Below are positions 29,117-38,491 of a stretch of DNA of 56,583 nt, one piece after another. Every line of letters starts with the position of its first letter. Within the stretch, counting starts at the first letter, position 1. The position numbers were made by a program, and so were the translations under genes. The notes beneath the pieces were generated by a model. The model made no database searches. It saw only the letters and a list, made by a program, of their open reading frames with translations, and was not told where the DNA came from. This stretch comes from Nanobdellota archaeon (GTDB lineage: Archaea > Nanobdellota > Nanobdellia > SCGC-AAA011-G17 > JAFCDX01), in assembly GCA_040753775.1 (NCBI GenBank), contig JBFMDT010000001.1, forward strand, positions 1 through 56,583, given 5' to 3'.

Positions 29117-29506
29117 ATGGATAAATGTAAAGAACTCATTAATTTGGTTGGTATTATAAATTCGTCAAAGGAGTTATATAAATTAGCAGAAGAAGTTAAT
29201 TCAGACAACATTAGGATTGTTTTGCCATATTGCTGCAAAAATATTTACCTTAATGATGGGGGCAGAAGCAGGACCTTAATAAACTATAACCCAGAAAAAA
29301 GATTTTTTGCAATTATAACTACGTACAAGATAGATGATTCAAAAATGAAAATTAATATAATATCAAATGACAAGAATTTTATAAACACTGACAAAACTAA
29401 AAGAAAATTGTTTGAAGACCCATGTTTTAGGGAAGTGCTTAAAGAATATCTAAATAAAATAATTTTGGAAAACTTTGAGGTTGAAGATGGTTATAGATGC
29501 AACTAA
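29117..29506 (+). CDS. Hypothetical AT-rich protein inserted in the ribosomal operon
   Basis: ATG 1 nt after the previous stop; 3' end overlaps the rpl13 start. Confidence 0.6.
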   Translation: MDKCKELINLVGIINSSKELYKLAEEVNSDNIRIVLPYCCKNIYLNDGGRSRTLINYNPEKRFFAIITTYKIDDSKMKINIISNDKNFINTDKTKRKLFEDPCFREVLKEYLNKIILENFEVEDGYRCN

Positions 29507-29903
29507 CTTGATTCTTGGAAGACTGGCTAGCTTTGCTGCTAAAAAGGCCTTGGAAGGAGAGAATATAGCAATAGTAAACTCTGAAAAGGCAATCATCTCT
29601 GGAAAAAAAGAGATTGTAATAAAAAAATACAGGGAAAGGGTAAAGAGAGGAGACCCATTAAAAGGACCTTACTTCCCAACAATGCCTGACAGGATGCTTA
29701 GAAGGGCAATACGCGGGATGCTACCTTTCAAAAATGATCGTGGCAGAAAGGCTTTTAAAAGAGTAATGTGCTACCTTGGAGTTCCCGATGAATACAAAAA
29801 TCAGAAATTAGAAACATTTAATAACATTTCAATATCAAGACTAAAAATACCCCATTTCATAACCCTTGAAGACCTATCAAAGCAGCTAAGAAATAAAAAA
29901 TGA
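29487..29903 (+). CDS. rpl13: 50S ribosomal protein L13
   Basis: IDATNLILGRLAS, RRAIRGMLP. Confidence 0.96.
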   Translation: MVIDATNLILGRLASFAAKKALEGENIAIVNSEKAIISGKKEIVIKKYRERVKRGDPLKGPYFPTMPDRMLRRAIRGMLPFKNDRGRKAFKRVMCYLGVPDEYKNQKLETFNNISISRLKIPHFITLEDLSKQLRNKK

Positions 29904-30292
29904 AAACAATTGTAGCAGCAGGAAAGAGAAAGAGAGCAATAGCAAGAGCTGTGCTTAGGGAAGGCAAGGGTTTTGTAAGGATAAACTCCATGCTTTTGGA
30001 TGCTTATGAGCCTGAATTAGCAAGAATGAAAATAATGGAGCCCTTGATTTTGGCTGGGGACATTGCAAAAGGGGTTAACATAAGTGTAAATGTTAATGGA
30101 AGCGGTTGGCAGTCCCAGGCAGAAGCATCAAGATTGGCTATTGCAAGAGCCCTGGTTATGCACAACAAAAAGCTAAAAAAAACATTTTTGGATTATGACA
30201 GGCATTTACTCATTAGTGATGTTAGATTTGCAGAGGCATCAAAACCAAATGATTCAAAGCCAAGGAAAGCCAGGCAAAAGTCTTACAGATAA
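29900..30292 (+). CDS. rps9: 30S ribosomal protein S9
   Basis: GKRKRAIARA, RQKSYR terminus. Confidence 0.96.
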   Translation: MKTIVAAGKRKRAIARAVLREGKGFVRINSMLLDAYEPELARMKIMEPLILAGDIAKGVNISVNVNGSGWQSQAEASRLAIARALVMHNKKLKKTFLDYDRHLLISDVRFAEASKPNDSKPRKARQKSYR

Positions 30293-30339
30293 ATATAAAA
30301 GGATGTCAAATAACAATAAATCAGCTGGTGGTGATTAAA

Positions 30340-30537
30340 ATGATTATTCCTATTAGATGCTGGAGTTGTGGAAAACCTGTTGCACATCTCTGGGAAACCT
30401 TCAAAGAGAGAGTAGCCAAAGGAGAGCCAAGGAAAAAGGTTTTAGATGAGCTAGGGTTAGAAAGATACTGCTGCAGGGCCTTGTTCATGGGCCATGTTGA
30501 TTTGATAGACACTGTTGCAAGGTTCAAAAAGAGCTGA
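30340..30537 (+). CDS. rpoN: RNA polymerase subunit N (Rpo10)
   Basis: IPIRCWSCGK, RYCCR. Confidence 0.96.
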   Translation: MIIPIRCWSCGKPVAHLWETFKERVAKGEPRKKVLDELGLERYCCRALFMGHVDLIDTVARFKKS

Positions 30538-30771
30538 TATGAAAAGCAAGGACGTAGTCTATCCTTATATGTTGAGCATCCTGGAACTGACTTTAAAAAA
30601 GACATGTTCTTTATAACAGAAAGTCCAAAAAGCGCTTATGAGAAAATGCTGAAATTAAAAGAAAAATACGGGCGCAATAAAATAAAAATAGAAATAACAG
30701 ATATAAGAGGAAGGTCTACTGAAATAGCTGAAAAGTCCCTTGAAGCCCTGGCAGAAAATTTATCCCATTAA
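30538..30771 (+). CDS. Small hypothetical ORF with uncertain start (not in ORF track)
   Basis: 77 open codons in frame with rpoN after its TGA; first in-frame ATG at 30604. Confidence 0.45.
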   Translation, partial: YEKQGRSLSLYVEHPGTDFKKDMFFITESPKSAYEKMLKLKEKYGRNKIKIEITDIRGRSTEIAEKSLEALAENLSH

Positions 30772-31002
30772 CTCTTCTAGCAAATCCCTCTGCTCTATTT
30801 TTAGATTTTTGGCCAATATATAAGTTCTTTCAAGCTCATCACCATACCCCATTACCAACAGACCATCCTTGTTCTTAAGCTCTTCAAGAACTTTTAATGC
30901 TTCATCCTTGCTTACCTTTGCTGCCCTTGTCAAACTACCAACAGTAACTCTTCCAGACTCATCCAAAATCTTTATCGCTCTTTTCTTTAGGTTTATATTC
31001 AT
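30760..31002 (-). CDS. Small winged-HTH-like protein
   Basis: VTVGSLTRAAKVSKDEALKVLEEL pattern; overlaps the MFS stop. Confidence 0.55.
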   Translation of the reverse strand: MNINLKKRAIKILDESGRVTVGSLTRAAKVSKDEALKVLEELKNKDGLLVMGYGDELERTYILAKNLKIEQRDLLEELMG

Positions 31003-32240
31003 AACTTTTGCACCCCATCCGTAAGCTTAGATTTTTCAAAATAAAAACTTTTGCTTGAATGTGCTATTAGGAGTAATGCTAAAAACAAAAAGGCTAAAAC
31101 TAAAAATAAAGGCTGCAGCCCGAACTTGTCAGCAAAAATGCCTGCAAACAATGGACCAAAGCCAGTTGCAATGTTCCATATACTGTTGTTTACCCCCACT
31201 AGTTCTCCAATCTCCTTTTTTGGCATGAGCTCTGTTATCCTTCCTTGTATAATTGGCAGTACAGCAGCATTGCACATGCCAAGAAGGAATAGTATAACAG
31301 CAATCGTTCTAAGATCTTTTGCAAAAAACATTGTAAATAATAAAACTATTGCAAAAAATATCCCAAGCAAAATATTTTTCCTTTTATTTTTGGCTGTTGA
31401 AAAATAAGACTCAAAGACCCATGGAACATTAAACAATGCTATGGCCAACCCTATCTGGAAAAAATCAACGTCTATGCTTCTTAAGAACAATGGCACAGTC
31501 ATTCCTATGATTGATGTTCCCAAATAAAATAGGAAAACAAACAGGGAAATCCTTACAAGCTCCTTGTTAGCCATGAAGTCGGAAAATTCCCTTTTTATAA
31601 AATGATCCCTCAACATGTCCCTTATTCCACTAAATAGCCTCTTGCCTCTTTTTGCATGCAGCCTTAAAGAAACAAAAAATGCAAGCAGTGCAAAGGCTGA
31701 AATTGCATAAAATATATTATACCCATAAAGCATAAACAAAAACGCCCCGATTATCGGCCCTATTACCAAAGAAAATGTATAAAAGGAATCATACATGCCA
31801 ATCGCCTCAGCGCCTTTTCCCTTTGAAGAATGCTCCCTTAAATAAGAATCGCTTGCTGTCCATAGGGATGTAGCAATGAATGCGTGGTACACCCTAAAAT
31901 AAACAAAGCTTATAATTGATTTCAGGCCAAGGAGCACAAAGCTGTAGGGCAGATACAGCAACAGCATTAGGCTTACTACTTTCCTCTTTGAAACCCTGTC
32001 GCACAAAGGACCGATGAACAAATAAACCAATATGGAAAACAAAGGCAATAGCCCTGTCACCAATCCAACTGCTGTATAACTTCCAAGTACTTCTTTAAGA
32101 AACAATGGGAAGTATGGAGTAGCGATCCCCCACCCAATATAGTAAATGAACATTACAAGGCTTATCAGTTTTATTGAAGTCGGCAGAGAGTACATTTCTT
32201 TTACAAATCTGAACTTCTTTCTGTAATGGCTGTGTGTCAT
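30999..32240 (-). CDS. MFS transporter
   Basis: About 12 TM segments; motif A-like GPLCDRVSKRK. Confidence 0.9.
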   Translation of the reverse strand: MTHSHYRKKFRFVKEMYSLPTSIKLISLVMFIYYIGWGIATPYFPLFLKEVLGSYTAVGLVTGLLPLFSILVYLFIGPLCDRVSKRKVVSLMLLLYLPYSFVLLGLKSIISFVYFRVYHAFIATSLWTASDSYLREHSSKGKGAEAIGMYDSFYTFSLVIGPIIGAFLFMLYGYNIFYAISAFALLAFFVSLRLHAKRGKRLFSGIRDMLRDHFIKREFSDFMANKELVRISLFVFLFYLGTSIIGMTVPLFLRSIDVDFFQIGLAIALFNVPWVFESYFSTAKNKRKNILLGIFFAIVLLFTMFFAKDLRTIAVILFLLGMCNAAVLPIIQGRITELMPKKEIGELVGVNNSIWNIATGFGPLFAGIFADKFGLQPLFLVLAFLFLALLLIAHSSKSFYFEKSKLTDGVQKL

Positions 32241-32530
32241 AATACATACCTCATATACTTCTTACAATTAAAGCAATAATAAATAACTTTCCCTTTCCTT
32301 ATTCTTACCCTTACATTGACATTTGGTTTTAAATAGGAATAGCAGTGCCTGCAGAATTTTCTTTTTAGGTCTTTTGGCAGTTTTAAATTGACCTTCATCG
32401 CTATCTTTCTTGCAAGCTGCACATATCTATCGCTTCTTTCGGGATGCTTCTTGAATTCTTTTTCTGCCTCATTGAACAGCTGCTTTACTCTCAGCAATGC
32501 AACCCTTTTTTTCTCCTCTTTTAAAGGCAT
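32237..32530 (-). CDS. rnp4: RNase P protein component 4 (Rpp21)
   Basis: RYVQLARKI, FCRHC...CFNC zinc ribbon. Confidence 0.93.
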   Translation of the reverse strand: MPLKEEKKRVALLRVKQLFNEAEKEFKKHPERSDRYVQLARKIAMKVNLKLPKDLKRKFCRHCYSYLKPNVNVRVRIRKGKVIYYCFNCKKYMRYVL

Positions 32531-32615
32531 ATTAAACTTAAATTTTTGCTGTTTATATATTTTGCCAGGACCCTTGTACAGAAGCATATAAAAATATGAG
32601 CGTTTATAATCAAGT

Positions 32616-32879
32616 ATGGCTAGAAAAAGGAAAAGCAGTGGATTCTTTAAGTTTTTTAAGATAGTAATTTATAACATAGTGAAAGCTGTTTATTGGATAT
32701 TGAAAGAGATATTTTTTGGAATTTATTGGGCAACAAAGTTTATTTTCACTTTAATAAAGAGCAAGGCAGTAAAAAGAAAAATTTCAAGGCTAAAACCGAA
32801 AATAACTCCAAAATACAAAAGGTTTCATATTCTAAATGAAAAGAACTTGATAAGCAAAAAGAGACAATATATTCAATAA
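32616..32879 (+). pseudogene. Short basic/amphipathic ORF, probably the 5' remnant of a longer gene
   Basis: 87 aa; runs into an unrelated start-less fragment. Confidence 0.4.
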
Positions 32880-33066
32880 CTATACTAACTACATCAAGAT
32901 TTTCGCCGGTAACGTTACTATAACTAACAATACGTTCAATGGTTCAGTTTCTGGAAAAATGTTGGATATAAATAATGTTGCTAGTACTTTAGGAGTTGTT
33001 GTGATAACAAACAATACCAATAACAACAATCACTCCAGAGCTTACAGAAGAAGCCTTAACACTTAG
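32854..33066 (+). pseudogene. Fragment lacking a 5' start, from a parallel beta-helix-type surface protein
   Basis: Open frame NIFNNYTNYIKIFAGNVTITNNTFNG...VVITNNT, preceded by a TAA at 32851. Confidence 0.5.
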
Positions 33067-33129
33067 CTTAGATGACAAGGCTAAACTAATATTAGAAAGA
33101 TTTATTAAGTTCTTTTTTATAAGGATATT

Positions 33130-33606
33130 ATGGCTGAAATCGATTATGTTGTAAGAGAATTAATTCTTTCACAAAAGGCTGCTGTTGATATCATTAGCTT
33201 ATATAGGGTTTTTAAGAATTGGTTCAAGAACAATAGATATGACTTATTAGAAAGGGAATATGAAAATATAAAACAAGAAGCCTTATCGACAAAAATAAAG
33301 TTTGATGCCAATAAAAGTCTTGATGAGTATACTAAAGCAAACATAAGAGTTACCTTAAGCATAAAGGACTATGAAGAAAGCGGAAGGGTCGTAAAGGGGG
33401 CAGTTGAACTAAAATTTGAAAGCTCCCTCAACATTGATTATGAGGAAAGATATGAAAATAGACCTTTAATAAAATTTTTCAGGGCCTTATATGATAAAAT
33501 AATTGCAAGGGAAAAGTTTTCTGGCTATGAGGAAGAGGTTAAAAATGATACTTATTCCTTATATAATGAAATAAAGGCATTTTTGAACCTGCACAGGCTT
33601 AAGTAA
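33130..33606 (+). CDS. Conserved hypothetical protein (family member 1 of 3)
   Basis: LY....WF..N.Y.L.E motif shared with 38492 and 38977. Confidence 0.8.
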   Translation: MAEIDYVVRELILSQKAAVDIISLYRVFKNWFKNNRYDLLEREYENIKQEALSTKIKFDANKSLDEYTKANIRVTLSIKDYEESGRVVKGAVELKFESSLNIDYEERYENRPLIKFFRALYDKIIAREKFSGYEEEVKNDTYSLYNEIKAFLNLHRLK

Positions 33607-33660
33607 ACATATTTTTTAAAAATCACAATATTTATATATAATAAGTGTTTCTTTAAATCT

Positions 33661-33838
33661 GCCTGCCACGAGAATACTCAATGGAGCACGGCAAAGCCAG
33701 GCGATGAGCTTGGGAGTTAGTGTCGCAGGCTATATACTCATAAAATTATATAGGACAGGATTATCATCGTATCAATAAATTATTGTTTATATTTTAAAAT
33801 AGTTTTATTTAGTAATCTTGTTCTATTTGATATTATGC
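33661..33838 (+). ncRNA. Candidate structured ncRNA / 5' leader of dnaG
   Basis: Begins about 25 nt after TATA TTTATATA (33631); GC-rich 70-nt domain closed by GCCUGC/GCAGGC, then a 15-bp helix with three G-U pairs. Confidence 0.6.
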
Positions 33839-33878
33839 GTTAAGATGGTAAAAGATATTTTGATAGGGGGGAATAAAA

Positions 33879-35057
33879 ATGGGAAAGATAAGTCCTGTTG
33901 TAGCCAAATATATCATTCATATTCCAATTCAGATAGATGGTGTAGTGGAAAAGCCGGATGTTATAGGAGCAATTTTTGGGCAGACTGAGGGTTTACTCGG
34001 AAGTGATCTGGAGTTAAGGGAACTGCAGAGAAGCGGAAGGATTGGAAGAATAGAAGTAAACATAGAAACAAGATCCGGGAAGAGTTCTGGATACATTATA
34101 ATACCTAGCAGCTTGGATAAGGCTGAGACTGCTATTATTGCTGCTGCTTTTGAGACCATACAGAGAATAGGGCCTTGCGATTCCAGAGTAAAGGTAGAAA
34201 AAATAGAGGATGTAAGAATAAGCAAAAGGAATTATGTTGTTGAAAGAGCAAAAGAGCTTTTAAAGAACCTTACAGAGGCTGTTCTTCCAGACAGCCAGGA
34301 AATAACAGATGAAGTTGCGCAAAGCGTTAGAATGATGGAGATTATTGAGTATGGGGGGGAAAGATTGCCTGCTGGTCCTGACATAGACTCTTCAGAAGAA
34401 ATAATACTTGTTGAAGGAAGGGCTGATGTTCTCAACCTGCTCAAGCATGGGATAAAAAATGTTATTGGCTTAAATGGAACAAGCATTCCTGAAACTGTAA
34501 AGGAATTATGCAAGCAAAAGGTGGTTACCCTTTTTGTTGATGGAGACAGGGGCGGGGATATCATAATAAAAGGACTTGTTGGAGTCACTGAACTAGATTA
34601 TGTTACAAAGGCACCGGATGGCAAGGAGGTTGAGGAGCTTACAAAAAAGGAGATACACAAGGCCTTGAGAAGCAGAATAGCAATGGAGCAGATAAAGCCT
34701 GATATTGCAAGGGCTGAAGCAAGACCTGAAGCAAGACAGGAATATTCGAGAAAGGTTGAACTGCCAAAGAAGGAAAAACTGATATTCAAGGAGATGCTGG
34801 ACAAGCTTTTAGGAACAAGGGGAGCTTACTTGCTTGATAAAGACTTAAAAATACTCGGCAAGGTTCCAATAAATGAGGTTACAAATACCATCAGGAGCCT
34901 AGGAAATGTATATGCAATTGTTTTAGATGGCGTAGTTGACTGGGAATTGGCAAAGACAGCAGAGCGCATTAACATCAAATATCTTATAGCAGCTGCTTCA
35001 AAAGTAAATTCAGATGATGTAAAAGTGGAAATTTTGACAAACAGGGAATTGCTATAG
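33879..35057 (+). CDS. dnaG: Archaeal DnaG (TOPRIM, exosome-associated)
   Basis: DVIGAIFGQTEGLLG, VEGRADV, DGDRGG. Confidence 0.95.
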   Translation: MGKISPVVAKYIIHIPIQIDGVVEKPDVIGAIFGQTEGLLGSDLELRELQRSGRIGRIEVNIETRSGKSSGYIIIPSSLDKAETAIIAAAFETIQRIGPCDSRVKVEKIEDVRISKRNYVVERAKELLKNLTEAVLPDSQEITDEVAQSVRMMEIIEYGGERLPAGPDIDSSEEIILVEGRADVLNLLKHGIKNVIGLNGTSIPETVKELCKQKVVTLFVDGDRGGDIIIKGLVGVTELDYVTKAPDGKEVEELTKKEIHKALRSRIAMEQIKPDIARAEARPEARQEYSRKVELPKKEKLIFKEMLDKLLGTRGAYLLDKDLKILGKVPINEVTNTIRSLGNVYAIVLDGVVDWELAKTAERINIKYLIAAASKVNSDDVKVEILTNRELL

Positions 35058-35092
35058 TAAAATATTTAAATAGAAAATAGGTAGTATAAATA

Positions 35093-35569
35093 ATGAAGTT
35101 TTGGTTTGATAAAAAAAAGGTGATAATATACTTAGCCATAATCTTATTTGTTTTAATAGTTCTTTATTTTTATTCATCTGAGAATTGCGGCACAGATACT
35201 AGGTGCTTTGACAAGAATGCAGTTAAATGCAAACTAACAAAATTAACAACAAGCAACCAGGGAAATACCTTTCTTTACGAGATAAGGGGCTCTAAGGGGG
35301 ATAATTGCATAATAAACGTAAAGATGCTTGATACAGAGGCTTCTTATGATGTTGCACAAAAGCTTAAGGGCAAGGCAATGGTTTGCAGTGTTCCCAAGGA
35401 AAAGCTAAATTCAGAATTTTTAAGTGATATGGACAAGACACTTAACTACTGCACCGGCCCATTAAAGGAATCAATGCTTGAGCTGGTTATAGAAAAGATG
35501 TATGGCATGATAATAAAGAATATGGGTGATATTGTACTGAAGATGCAGGATGTTTTAAAACCTACATAG
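35093..35569 (+). CDS. Membrane-anchored exported Cys-containing protein
   Basis: N-terminal TM; NCGTDTRCF and CTGPLK motifs. Confidence 0.7.
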   Translation: MKFWFDKKKVIIYLAIILFVLIVLYFYSSENCGTDTRCFDKNAVKCKLTKLTTSNQGNTFLYEIRGSKGDNCIINVKMLDTEASYDVAQKLKGKAMVCSVPKEKLNSEFLSDMDKTLNYCTGPLKESMLELVIEKMYGMIIKNMGDIVLKMQDVLKPT

Positions 35570-35611
35570 TAAGATTTAAATTTTTTTCTTATTTATAATT
35601 ACAGATTAATA

Positions 35612-36400
35612 ATGGCTAAGTATAGGGGGTTTTTAACTGACATTGACGATACTCTTTTTGCTACGTCTGATTTTTTGCCAATAGCATTAAAGGAGGCTGT
35701 ACATAAACTGATTGAGTATGGCTTGCCTGCTGAATTTGATGATGCAATGGCTAGATTGGAAAGTATTAGGGAAAACAACTCAAATGCAAGTGATCATTTT
35801 AATAGGCTTTGCGAGAGCTACGGCAAGGAGTATCATATTGAGAGGATAATAAGGCCAGCTGTAGATGCTTATCATAATGTAAAATTTTCTTTATTAAGGC
35901 CAAGGGCTCATGTAGCTGATGTGCTTAACTATCTTAGAGACAATGGTTTCAGGCTTGGTGTTGTTTCTTCTGGAAGGAGAGACAAGCAATATGAGAAGTT
36001 AGATAGGCTTAATACTTTAGACTTTTTTGTTGTAAGAGACAAGAAAGCCTATTTTGTAGTTGATGATTATATATTTATTTCTGAAGACAATAATAAAACT
36101 TATTTATACAGGGAAGCTATTAAAAAAATGTCCCTTGATATAAAGAAAACAATAGTTCTTGATGACAGGCTTGAGGGAATAGCAGCTGCGCATTCTGCTG
36201 GAATTATAAACACAATAAAACTCAAGCGCGGGAAATATAAGGGGCAAACACCCTGTTCAATACTGTTAAAACAAGGAATTAGCCCTGAAGCGCTTTCAAA
36301 TCCTGATACAAAGGCAGAGGAGCTTATTAGGGCTTATACTCCTAAATTTGAAGTTGGTGACTGGTATGATTTAATACCTCTAATCCGAAGACTTATATAA
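35612..36400 (+). CDS. HAD-superfamily hydrolase
   Basis: DIDDTL motif I, VVSS motif II, LDDR motif IV. Confidence 0.85.
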   Translation: MAKYRGFLTDIDDTLFATSDFLPIALKEAVHKLIEYGLPAEFDDAMARLESIRENNSNASDHFNRLCESYGKEYHIERIIRPAVDAYHNVKFSLLRPRAHVADVLNYLRDNGFRLGVVSSGRRDKQYEKLDRLNTLDFFVVRDKKAYFVVDDYIFISEDNNKTYLYREAIKKMSLDIKKTIVLDDRLEGIAAAHSAGIINTIKLKRGKYKGQTPCSILLKQGISPEALSNPDTKAEELIRAYTPKFEVGDWYDLIPLIRRLI

Positions 36401-37108
36401 CTATTTTCCGAATCTTCTTTCCCTATTATTGTAATCATCTATGCATTTAACCAAATCCCTTTTAGTGAATTCCGGCCATAACTTGTTTGGGAGGAATATT
36501 ATTTCAGAGTAAGCTGACTGCCATAACAAAAATCCGCTGAGCCTTTGCTCTGATGTCCTTATTATCATATCAGGCTGACTTTTTAAGTATAAACCCTTTT
36601 CAAATATACTTTCGTTTATTTTATTTATGCTTAGCTTGCCCTTTTTAACCAAGGATGCTATTTTTCTTGTTGCGTCTATAATCTCGGCTCTTCCACCATA
36701 AGCCATTGCAAAATTTATTATATACTTTTTATGCTTTTTAGTTTCTTCCATAAGCTTGTACATGGATTTTTGGACGTCTTTTGGAAACATCTTTAGCCTT
36801 CCTATGAAATTAATTCTTAAGTCCTTTATCTTTTTCTTTTCTTTTCTTAGGGCATTAAAGGCCTCTCTGAAAAGCTTCATCAGGTAATTAAACTCCTTTT
36901 TTGGTCTGTTAAAATTCTCCACAGAAAACGTATACAGGGTTAGCTCTTTTATATTAAGCTCCTTGCACCAATCCAGAAGTTTTTCAACTTTTTTGTACCC
37001 CCATTCATGCCCTTTATAAGGTTTTAACATCAATCTTTTTGCAAAACGTCGATTACCATCAAGAATTATGCCAATGTGTTTTGGGATTTTACCATTTGAT
37101 GCTTTCAT
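36401..37108 (-). CDS. uppS: cis-prenyltransferase (UppS family)
   Basis: HIGIILDGNRR, FSVENFNRP, IIRTSEQRLSGFLLWQ, RRFGK. Confidence 0.95.
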   Translation of the reverse strand: MKASNGKIPKHIGIILDGNRRFAKRLMLKPYKGHEWGYKKVEKLLDWCKELNIKELTLYTFSVENFNRPKKEFNYLMKLFREAFNALRKEKKKIKDLRINFIGRLKMFPKDVQKSMYKLMEETKKHKKYIINFAMAYGGRAEIIDATRKIASLVKKGKLSINKINESIFEKGLYLKSQPDMIIRTSEQRLSGFLLWQSAYSEIIFLPNKLWPEFTKRDLVKCIDDYNNRERRFGK

Positions 37109-37196
37109 AATAGGTTTAGGAATTTGAATTATTTATAAATTTTATGCATTTATATACAAGAAATAAGTTAATAAATAAGAAAATGCTTTCTATATC

Positions 37197-37730
37197 ATGT
37201 ACACGGACATAATATTTATAGAAAAGTCTGAAGAAATAAATAAACTTGCCAAGAGGCTTGGATTTGGGAATGTAATTTTTCTTAAAAAATCCGATGTTGT
37301 CAGTGGTATAAAAAACAATAAAAAGAAACCTATTGTATTGGGGGGCAATTCTGAATTAAATAGGAGGGCTGTAACAAGCAAAAATACAACAATCCTTTTG
37401 GACCCAGAGCCGATGGATGAGGGGAATACAGGCATGAACCATGTATTATGCAAATTGGCTAAGGAGAATAATGTCGCAATAGGCATAAGCTTCAGCAGAA
37501 TATTGAACGAAAAGAACAGAATAGTATTACTTAATAAAATCATCAAGAATATCAGGCTTTACAGAAAGTATAAGATAAGGGTTATTTTGGGAAGTTTTGC
37601 AACTGATGTTTATGAAATGAGGGATGCTCTTGACCTTATAGCCTTTGCAAGATTTATAGGAATGGACACAAAGAGCGCAAAAAACAGTTTAGTCATTGCA
37701 AGAGATATATTAGGAACTAAATTTTTATAA
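37197..37730 (+). CDS. rnp3: RNase P protein component 3 (Rpp30), shortened
   Basis: GMNHVLCKLAKENNVAI, SFA...YEMR. Confidence 0.88.
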   Translation: MYTDIIFIEKSEEINKLAKRLGFGNVIFLKKSDVVSGIKNNKKKPIVLGGNSELNRRAVTSKNTTILLDPEPMDEGNTGMNHVLCKLAKENNVAIGISFSRILNEKNRIVLLNKIIKNIRLYRKYKIRVILGSFATDVYEMRDALDLIAFARFIGMDTKSAKNSLVIARDILGTKFL

Positions 37731-38406
37731 GCATACTTAACAAGGCAATTGCCAAAGCTCCAAGGATCACAGAAATGATTGCTGCTATATTGAATTTTTT
37801 ATGAACCTCTGGAAGCAAATCCGTTGCACCTATATACAAAAATGTCCCTGCCGCAAATGCAAGGATGTGCTTAAAGAAATGGCTAGGAACAACTCCTGCA
37901 AGCAATGCACCAATTATCGTAAAGCCACCATCTATAGCCAAGGCAAATAGTATTTTATTAAAGCTGTATTTAGACACCTTCATTATTATTGTTGTTGTAA
38001 GTCCCCTTGGTAGTTCATGAATCATAACAGAAAGGGCAATTACAAGGCCGAGAATAGGGGATATAATATAACCGATTGCTATTGCTATCCCATCAGCAAG
38101 GCTTTCAGCTGCAACTCCTATAAGCGCAGCCCACCCAACTACATGAACGTCACATTTTCCTTCCTTACAGCTGTGAACTATAATAAATTTTTCAATAACA
38201 TAAATGCTGAAAAAACCCAAGGCAAAAGCTATAGTGTTTTCCGAGCTAATTTGCGGGAAGATGTCAAAAAAGGCTATTGAAAGCATGGCCCCAGCAGAAA
38301 ACCCTATCAAGTATGTAAAGTCAAGCTTTTTAAAAAATGGGAGGAACGGCAAAAACCCACCAATAAATGTTGCTATTGCTGTAAGGAGCGCATACAAGAT
38401 GTACAT
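37717..38406 (-). CDS. ZIP-family metal transporter
   Basis: GFSAGAML, DGIAI, IHELPRG, AGTFLYI...DLLPE. Confidence 0.92.
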   Translation of the reverse strand: MYILYALLTAIATFIGGFLPFLPFFKKLDFTYLIGFSAGAMLSIAFFDIFPQISSENTIAFALGFFSIYVIEKFIIVHSCKEGKCDVHVVGWAALIGVAAESLADGIAIAIGYIISPILGLVIALSVMIHELPRGLTTTIIMKVSKYSFNKILFALAIDGGFTIIGALLAGVVPSHFFKHILAFAAGTFLYIGATDLLPEVHKKFNIAAIISVILGALAIALLSMLIKI

Positions 38407-38491
38407 ATCACCCTTACATCAAAGGCTTATATAAATATTATTGTTTATCACCATAGTTAAGTTTATTAATTAGTTTCCTTATTTTTACATA

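Noticed and set aside
33661-33730. Interpretation as a tRNA, hammerhead ribozyme or C/D sRNA
   Set aside because: No TTCRA loop, no CUGANGA/GAAA core and no terminal CUGA D box; kept as an unknown RNA instead
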